From Promethearchaeota archaeon (GTDB lineage Archaea; Asgardarchaeota; Lokiarchaeia; Sigyniarchaeales; SOKP01), in the NCBI GenBank assembly GCA_030606485.1, contig JAUWGH010000008.1, positions 30,001 through 62,000 on the forward strand: a DNA stretch of 32,000 nucleotides. Reading direction: 5' to 3'. The position numbers and the translations under genes were made by a program. Shown here one piece after another: positions 26,475 to 32,000 of this stretch. Under the pieces are notes generated by a model. That model worked only from the letters and a program-made list of their open reading frames with translations. It made no database searches and was not told the origin of the DNA. Positions within the stretch are counted from its first letter, which is position 1, and the number at the start of each line of letters is the position of its first letter.

Positions 26475-26706
26475 TTTTAACCTTTTTTGAATAATTATCG
26501 ACTCCTTTTTTTAATAATTAGAATAAATGCAAGTTATAATAATGCAAAATTATCTGTACTTTAAAAATTTTCAATGAAATTATTAAAATTGTCTTATATT
26601 TCCAAATTAACTCTTTAAAAATTAAATAGAATTTTAAAAGAAATAGAAATAGGATTTTAATTTTTATATTTAAATAATATTAAAAATTTCAATAATAAAA
26701 ATCCGG

Positions 26707-26854
26707 AATGTAAGAAAGGATTGGAATGCAAGAGGAAAAAGGAATTATAAATTAATAATCAATTACCATTCAATATTAGCGGAGGAATAAATTATGGCAA
26801 AAAATCCATTATTTCCAATGCATTCCAATTTTTTTTTATAAAATTTCTTACATT
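26707..26854. repeat. Nested imperfect inverted repeat in an AT-rich intergenic gap
   Basis: AATGTAAGAAA (26707-26717) / TTTCTTACATT (26844-26854) and ATTGGAATGCA (26720-26730) / TGCATTCCAAT (26819-26829) are exact reverse complements; GGAAA (26734-26738) / TTTCC (26812-26816) extends the pairing inward. Confidence 0.8.
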
Positions 26855-27332
26855 ATATCTATATCCCAATCTATATTTAAACTTTTCTCCAAAAAATATG
26901 AACGTTTGAAATGATTAGAGAATAAATTGTAATTATATTTCAAAATTAATTGAATTAAAATATAGTGTTTTTATATAAATTCAAATAAATAAAAGTAAAA
27001 GAGAAAATAATCCATAATTCTTAAGAAAAATAAAATTTTCTTTTAAAATTTACAACGACAAAAATTGAAATTTTTTTGAATTTTAAATTTGTTTTTATTT
27101 TGATTCATAATTTTCGATTTTTCGAGAAAATGGGTTGGTTTATTAACGCATTATTAATCCTTATTATTTTTCATAATTTAGAGGAAAATAAATTTTATAT
27201 GATTTATGAAGAGAATTTAAATTATTTCTAGAGAAAAAAGCAAATATTTTAGTTTTTTCTGTTATAGATATCTAATTTTTGATTTAACATTAATTTGGAA
27301 ATTAAAATAAAAAAAAATTAATTTAATTTAAG

Positions 27333-27875
27333 TTATGATATCCACTTCTTCTCTGAAGTCTTTTTGATGAATTTTAGAGAATATGCAAAGATTAAAACCA
27401 AGATTGTGAATGTTATAAAGCCAATTAGATAATACCAACGTCCAGAATATCCAGCTACTTCTACATACAAGTACCAGAAAATCCAGAATATTACTGCTCC
27501 CAACATTACAAATATTATATCCCAAATACTATTTAGTATAGAATCACGGCGATTTTCAAATTTTTTACCTGCATACCAGAAAATTGTATTTTCAAATAGT
27601 TCCCAAACAAAGGCAAATAATAATGTTAGAAGAAATACAACCCACAATTCAAAAAGAGGGGGAAATCCATAATATTGATAGATAGAATAACCCAGAGAAA
27701 TAATCAACCACGCCATTACACCCATTGCAACATGACCAATTGAATATGAATCTAAAGGGGATACACCTACCTGAGAGATATCTTGTGCAACTGGAGGTGC
27801 GGTTAAATCAGCATAACAAAAAGGACACTTATTTAAATCTTCACCTATTTCCGCATCACAATGAGGACATTTCAT
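27333..27875 (-). CDS. Zinc-ribbon + DUF2585-like membrane protein
   Basis: CPHC-x10-CPFC at the N-terminus; DSYSIGH, WELFENT, RRDSILNSIWDI. Confidence 0.65.
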   Translation of the reverse strand: MKCPHCDAEIGEDLNKCPFCYADLTAPPVAQDISQVGVSPLDSYSIGHVAMGVMAWLIISLGYSIYQYYGFPPLFELWVVFLLTLLFAFVWELFENTIFWYAGKKFENRRDSILNSIWDIIFVMLGAVIFWIFWYLYVEVAGYSGRWYYLIGFITFTILVLIFAYSLKFIKKTSEKKWIS

Positions 27876-27953
27876 AATTTAGAACTCAAATATTTTTTAT
27901 TGATATATTACTTTATTACGGGATTATTTAATTTAAATCATTGTTATTCAGTT

Positions 27954-28823
27954 TCATTGGTTCCAACCTATTCCAAACATTGAAAAGATCATCAATATTC
28001 CCGTAAAAAACGCTAAACAAGCAAGTATTTTCCGTATTATATTACCCTTAACTCGAGAGGTTAAATATACTCCAATTTGAGCACCAACAATTCCTCCTAA
28101 TGTCCCAAAAATTGGCCATAACCATGAACTTGTGTAAGAGCCCAATAAGAGATGAACAATTAATCCAAAAAATGGACTCACAATATTACCTAATTCACCT
28201 GTAGCAGCAGCTTTTTTTGGTTCTAAATCGAGAAGTATCATTGAAGTGGTATCAACAGTGCCACCACCTAAACCTACAAGCCCCGATATTAATCCGCCAG
28301 AAAATGAACTAAAAGAGGCAAAAGCAAAACTTTCAATACGAATTTTTTTTCCCTTAATTGTAGTTGTTGATTTTAATGTATCATTTGAATTCTTGGGCAA
28401 TATATTTATAGATTCATTGTTTTTAGAGATATGCTGAGTACTTACTTCAATTTCCTTTCTCCTAAAGAGCAAGATACTCAAAATCATTATTACTGAGCCA
28501 CAAAGACCAGCTAAAATATTGTTAGTTACTACTAAAGTTATAAGGCCCCCGATTATCACCCCTGGAACATCCCAAATACTATATAATAACGCTAATCGAT
28601 AATCAACCAATTTTAATTTCATATACCTGATTGACGCGCTTATTACTGTCCCAGTCATAAAGAATAGTGAGATAACAATAGAATCTTTAACAGGAAATCC
28701 AAAAATAAATATAAAAGTAGGCATAATTAGAATGCCACCACCTAGACCCACCATTGAAGCGATAGTTCCTATACCGAGACCAAAAAAAATCGCAAGAAAA
28801 GCAAATTCGTCCCCAAGTGGCAT
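27954..28823 (-). CDS. Sulfite exporter TauE/SafE family protein
   Basis: ASMVGLGGGILIMP, SGLVGLGGG internal repeat, about 8 TM. Confidence 0.88.
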   Translation of the reverse strand: MPLGDEFAFLAIFFGLGIGTIASMVGLGGGILIMPTFIFIFGFPVKDSIVISLFFMTGTVISASIRYMKLKLVDYRLALLYSIWDVPGVIIGGLITLVVTNNILAGLCGSVIMILSILLFRRKEIEVSTQHISKNNESINILPKNSNDTLKSTTTIKGKKIRIESFAFASFSSFSGGLISGLVGLGGGTVDTTSMILLDLEPKKAAATGELGNIVSPFFGLIVHLLLGSYTSSWLWPIFGTLGGIVGAQIGVYLTSRVKGNIIRKILACLAFFTGILMIFSMFGIGWNQ

Positions 28824-28941
28824 TATAACTGAATAAATTACTCAGAGTTAAAGAATTTTTGGATAAATTATTACTTTTAATTAAAAATTTTTAAAAAAAA
28901 TTAATATATCATTTTTCTATATTAATTGAGAGGAAATTTTT

Positions 28942-29745
28942 TTGATAAATAATGTGAAATATAAAGAATTTTATGAAGAACATAAAAATTTTTCATTGAG
29001 AACATTATCAGAATATTATCTATCTCCAGGCATAAGATGTAAATTCGATTTACTTCTTAAAAATTTGGGATCAGAAAGGAAATTTACTAATGCTTTAGAA
29101 ATTGGATGTTCTGGCGATTCATTTCTTTATTTTTATGAAAAGATTATTCATAAATCATTTTTAGATATAGCTATAACTCCCTTAAAACAATATATTCCAA
29201 AAATTAGAAAATTGCAGAATAAGCCTGAACATAAAATGCATCCAATTTGCGTTGATATGGTTCAGCTGCCATATCAAGCAAATCAATTTGATTTAATTAT
29301 TGCTTTAGATGTGCTTGAACATATAAAAAATGATAAATTAGCTGTAAAAGAAATTAGTAGGGTTGTAAAATCCAAAGGAATTGTAGTAATTACCGTACCT
29401 CACCGAAAAAAGTATTATACTCAACAAGATAAAATTATTGGTCATTATCGTAGATATGAAATAAGGGAATTGAAAGGTATGTTTGAAGTTAATGGCTTTA
29501 AAGAAATTAGAACTTTTGGAATTTACGGGCAATTGATGAAAATTTCTGAAATTCAAGCAGTAAATCCAGATAAAGTTGAAAAAAATTTAATTAAATTACG
29601 AACAAAATATGGCGATAATCCAGTTTTCAGAAGTTTTTGGAAAAAATTCGTTAAATTTTGCTCTATCTTAATGAAATTAGATGCTACCCATCGATCAATT
29701 AGGAGTGCTATGAATATTGCGATGATTTTTCAAAAAAAGATGTAA
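28942..29745 (+). CDS. Class I SAM-dependent methyltransferase (Methyltransf_11-like)
   Basis: ALEIGCSG, LPYQANQFDLIIALDVLEHI, RVVKSKGIVVITVP, GHYRRY; TTG start. Confidence 0.85.
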   Translation: MINNVKYKEFYEEHKNFSLRTLSEYYLSPGIRCKFDLLLKNLGSERKFTNALEIGCSGDSFLYFYEKIIHKSFLDIAITPLKQYIPKIRKLQNKPEHKMHPICVDMVQLPYQANQFDLIIALDVLEHIKNDKLAVKEISRVVKSKGIVVITVPHRKKYYTQQDKIIGHYRRYEIRELKGMFEVNGFKEIRTFGIYGQLMKISEIQAVNPDKVEKNLIKLRTKYGDNPVFRSFWKKFVKFCSILMKLDATHRSIRSAMNIAMIFQKKM

Positions 29746-29801
29746 GTGTGTTTTTTTTTAAGATTAAGAAACCATAAAAGAAAAGAATCACTTAACGAGT
29801 C

Positions 29802-30611
29802 ATGGACTATTATTGGTATACTATTCTCTTACTCTTTTTAATTGGAATTCTAATAGGCACAATTGCAGTTTTATCAGGGATGGGCGGAGGTGTAATATCT
29901 GTCCCATTGATGACTATACTTTTTATGGTGAGTGAAGATATCGCCATAGGAACCTCAACGCTAATTATTCTTATTTCCTCAGGTTTTGGATTTATTTTAC
30001 TCAAGAGACAAAAGAGGATAAACATAAAATTATGTTTAATATGTTCAATATTCTCTATTATCGGAAGTTTAATCTCTACGATTTTATTTATCATATATCC
30101 AATAGATAATTATCTATTGAGGTTGATTTTTGCGTGTGTAATGATATATGTATCAATTAATTTAATATTCAGAAAAGATCCAGCAAATAAAAATAAAAAC
30201 TCAAATGAAAGTGAAAATACAAGCGAGAGTTTTTCCCTAGAGTTTAAAAATCATAAAAATTTTTTTAAAAAAGGGATACCCTTATTTATTTTGGCAGGAT
30301 TTCTTGCAAATTTATTGGGAATTGGAGGAGGAATTGTTAATACACCAACTTTACATTATATATTTCAATTTCCAATTTATTATGCAACTGCAAATTCAAC
30401 AGGAATTATCTTTTTTACTGCAATTTATAATGTAATAGTTAAATCAATGTTGGGAAAGGTTGATTTCATCATGGGAATTCTAATGGGGTCGGGAGGTCTA
30501 ATTGGTGCATATTTTGGTGCAAAAATATCTCAAAAAATATCTCGTAAAAACCTTACAATAATATTAGCAATTGTCCTTTTAATGGGCTCAATAAGAATGT
30601 TTTTTCCTTAG
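29802..30611 (+). CDS. Sulfite exporter TauE/SafE family protein
   Basis: SGMGGGVISVP, AIGTS, ANLLGIGGGIVNTP, ATANS. Confidence 0.9.
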   Translation: MDYYWYTILLLFLIGILIGTIAVLSGMGGGVISVPLMTILFMVSEDIAIGTSTLIILISSGFGFILLKRQKRINIKLCLICSIFSIIGSLISTILFIIYPIDNYLLRLIFACVMIYVSINLIFRKDPANKNKNSNESENTSESFSLEFKNHKNFFKKGIPLFILAGFLANLLGIGGGIVNTPTLHYIFQFPIYYATANSTGIIFFTAIYNVIVKSMLGKVDFIMGILMGSGGLIGAYFGAKISQKISRKNLTIILAIVLLMGSIRMFFP

Positions 30612-30693
30612 GAATAGAGTTTTCTATATGAATACCATAAAGTACTAATAATATCATAGTTTAATTTCTAATTAAATATAAAAAGTGATTTAA

Positions 30694-31524
30694 ATGTCCC
30701 GCAGGATTGATTTATTAAGACTTGATTACACTTTTTCGGTCATTGTTCCCCTTCTTATCGCAATTTTTATCAATAATTACCTAATTTGGAACCATATCGA
30801 TATTATCGTAGGATTTGTAATGTTCGCAATTACGGGTAATACTTGGAATGATGTAGTGGATATGAGAGATCCCAATGAAATAGAGACACTTGAAAGAGTT
30901 GAGGGGTATCATTGGAAGGAAATATTTACAATAGGTTTGGTTACATTTGTTATGGGCTTGACATTATTATTAAGGACATGTTTTGAAAAATGGGTCAATG
31001 GAATCCTTCTCATCGTAATAATCACCTTGGTTTTATTATACTGTGTAAAATATAAATCAGTTCCAATATTGAATCACATCTTACTCGGAGCTTCTCACAT
31101 CATATTACCATATTTTATGATAAAAATAGACCATATTGGAATTCCCTTAACCGAACCCCTTATGGGTGATTTTGAATGGTTTTTAATGTTTGCATTCTTT
31201 ACTTTCGCAATAACAGGTCAATTTGTTCATGAGGCAATAGATGGGGATAGTATTACCAGATTTTCTTTAAAAACTCAACAGAAAATAATATGGGTTTCAT
31301 CAATTCTTACACTTATAATAGCAGTCTGTACATTCATTGTTTATCCAATAATCTACTTTTTACCATTTATTCTTTTCCCAATCGGAACTATGTATACATT
31401 TAGACGCCCTACAAAATCCACAAGGGGTGTAAAAGATGTCGGGATATTAATGGGAAATTTCCTTCTTGTTTATTTCATTACCCTAATTATTATGCAAATG
31501 AATGGATTTGTTATTCTTCCCTAA
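30694..31524 (+). CDS. UbiA prenyltransferase family protein (divergent)
   Basis: LLRL start, GNTWNDVVDMRD Asp-rich motif, second HEAIDGD motif, about 8 TM. Confidence 0.7.
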   Translation: MSRRIDLLRLDYTFSVIVPLLIAIFINNYLIWNHIDIIVGFVMFAITGNTWNDVVDMRDPNEIETLERVEGYHWKEIFTIGLVTFVMGLTLLLRTCFEKWVNGILLIVIITLVLLYCVKYKSVPILNHILLGASHIILPYFMIKIDHIGIPLTEPLMGDFEWFLMFAFFTFAITGQFVHEAIDGDSITRFSLKTQQKIIWVSSILTLIIAVCTFIVYPIIYFLPFILFPIGTMYTFRRPTKSTRGVKDVGILMGNFLLVYFITLIIMQMNGFVILP

Positions 31525-31688
31525 AATCTATTAACAAGACAAATTAAATCCATTAAAAATAATTTAATTAAATTTATTACCAGAAAAGTGGTATTTTCTA
31601 ACAAATGTTTAAATATTCGAATTTTCATCATATGAATTCGACAGAAATAAAGACATATAAGTTAAAATAAAATGGTGTAAATTATAAA

Positions 31689-32000
31689 TTAGAATTCAAT
31701 CATACCTGATTTTTTTAATAATATTAAACCATCTAAAGTCCATATTGGTCTCCACCAAGGAAAGTTCTGATAGAATATTCTAAGACCACCATCGTCTTGA
31801 AGACCATTAAACCAATTATCTGCTTCATTTTCGATAAACTTTTTATCCACAATATCGAGAGCATAATACCAATGTCGACCAAATAATGGATAACGTTCTT
31901 TATTATTTTCAAAAATACTCGGGAGTTGGGAGATAATATGTTGTAGCATCTTTTTCTCCTCTTTATTTTCTCCTAAGTATTTCAGATATTTAAAAAAAAT
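31689..32000 (-). CDS. C-terminal part of a hypothetical protein whose 5' end lies outside the window
   Basis: The frame stays open upstream of the track's ATG (31949) to the window edge (IFFKYLKYLGENKEEKKM...); contains GLQDDGGL. Confidence 0.6.
   Translation of the reverse strand: MFFKYLKYLGENKEEKKMLQHIISQLPSIFENNKERYPLFGRHWYYALDIVDKKFIENEADNWFNGLQDDGGLRIFYQNFPWWRPIWTLDGLILLKKSGMIEF

Noticed and set aside
26475-27332. Cobalamin riboswitch upstream of cobO
   Set aside because: No B12-box or GGGAA/GCCACTG-type conserved elements were recognisable on the minus strand, and the region is far too AT-rich.
9467-30094. Remaining short overlapping track ORFs (e.g. 9467, 10331, 11228, 11661, 15242, 16763, 17269, 20476, 20594, 21549, 22480, 24086, 24204, 26056, 27328, 28246, 29338, 29810)
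   Set aside because: Each lies largely or entirely within a well-supported longer gene, antisense or out of frame, and shows no motif.
1-32000. CRISPR array, tRNA, rRNA, integrase or transposase
   Set aside because: No regularly spaced direct repeats, no GC-rich cloverleaf or rRNA-like segment, and no such ORF seen by eye; a tRNAscan/Infernal run would be needed for certainty.

Overview
Gene-dense, very AT-rich archaeal window. It is most consistent with an Asgard archaeon (Lokiarchaeia-like); this is an inference from the gelsolin-domain protein, Alba, CarS, Sec11-type signal peptidase and HdrA-MvhD. It holds about 31 CDS, including three that the ORF track missed or truncated: an N6-adenine DNA methyltransferase running off the left edge (<1..2213, minus), a 59-aa Cys-rich protein (7965..8144, plus) and a gene running off the right edge. 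I saw no rRNA, tRNA, CRISPR array or transposase. The most interesting part is 12.5-19.3 kb. There, a 720-aa protein whose N-terminus aligns by eye with the mu-homology domain of delta-COP/AP mu adaptins lies convergent to a one-domain gelsolin with a basic 9-aa-repeat tail. A zinc-ribbon scramblase-like gene and a CDP-alcohol phosphatidyltransferase gene are adjacent. The mu-homology-like protein also shares an apparently unnamed C-terminal helical domain with a nearby TrmB-like coiled-coil protein. Other leads are a VWA + C4HC3 zinc-finger protein with TFIIH p44-like architecture, an hdrA-mvhD / EamA-Lrp / Lrp operon, a duplicated upstream motif plus N-terminus before an Mrr-like nuclease, a nested inverted repeat in the 860-bp AT-rich intergenic gap, and a higher-GC VOC gene. 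All family calls are from motif recognition by eye; no database search was run.
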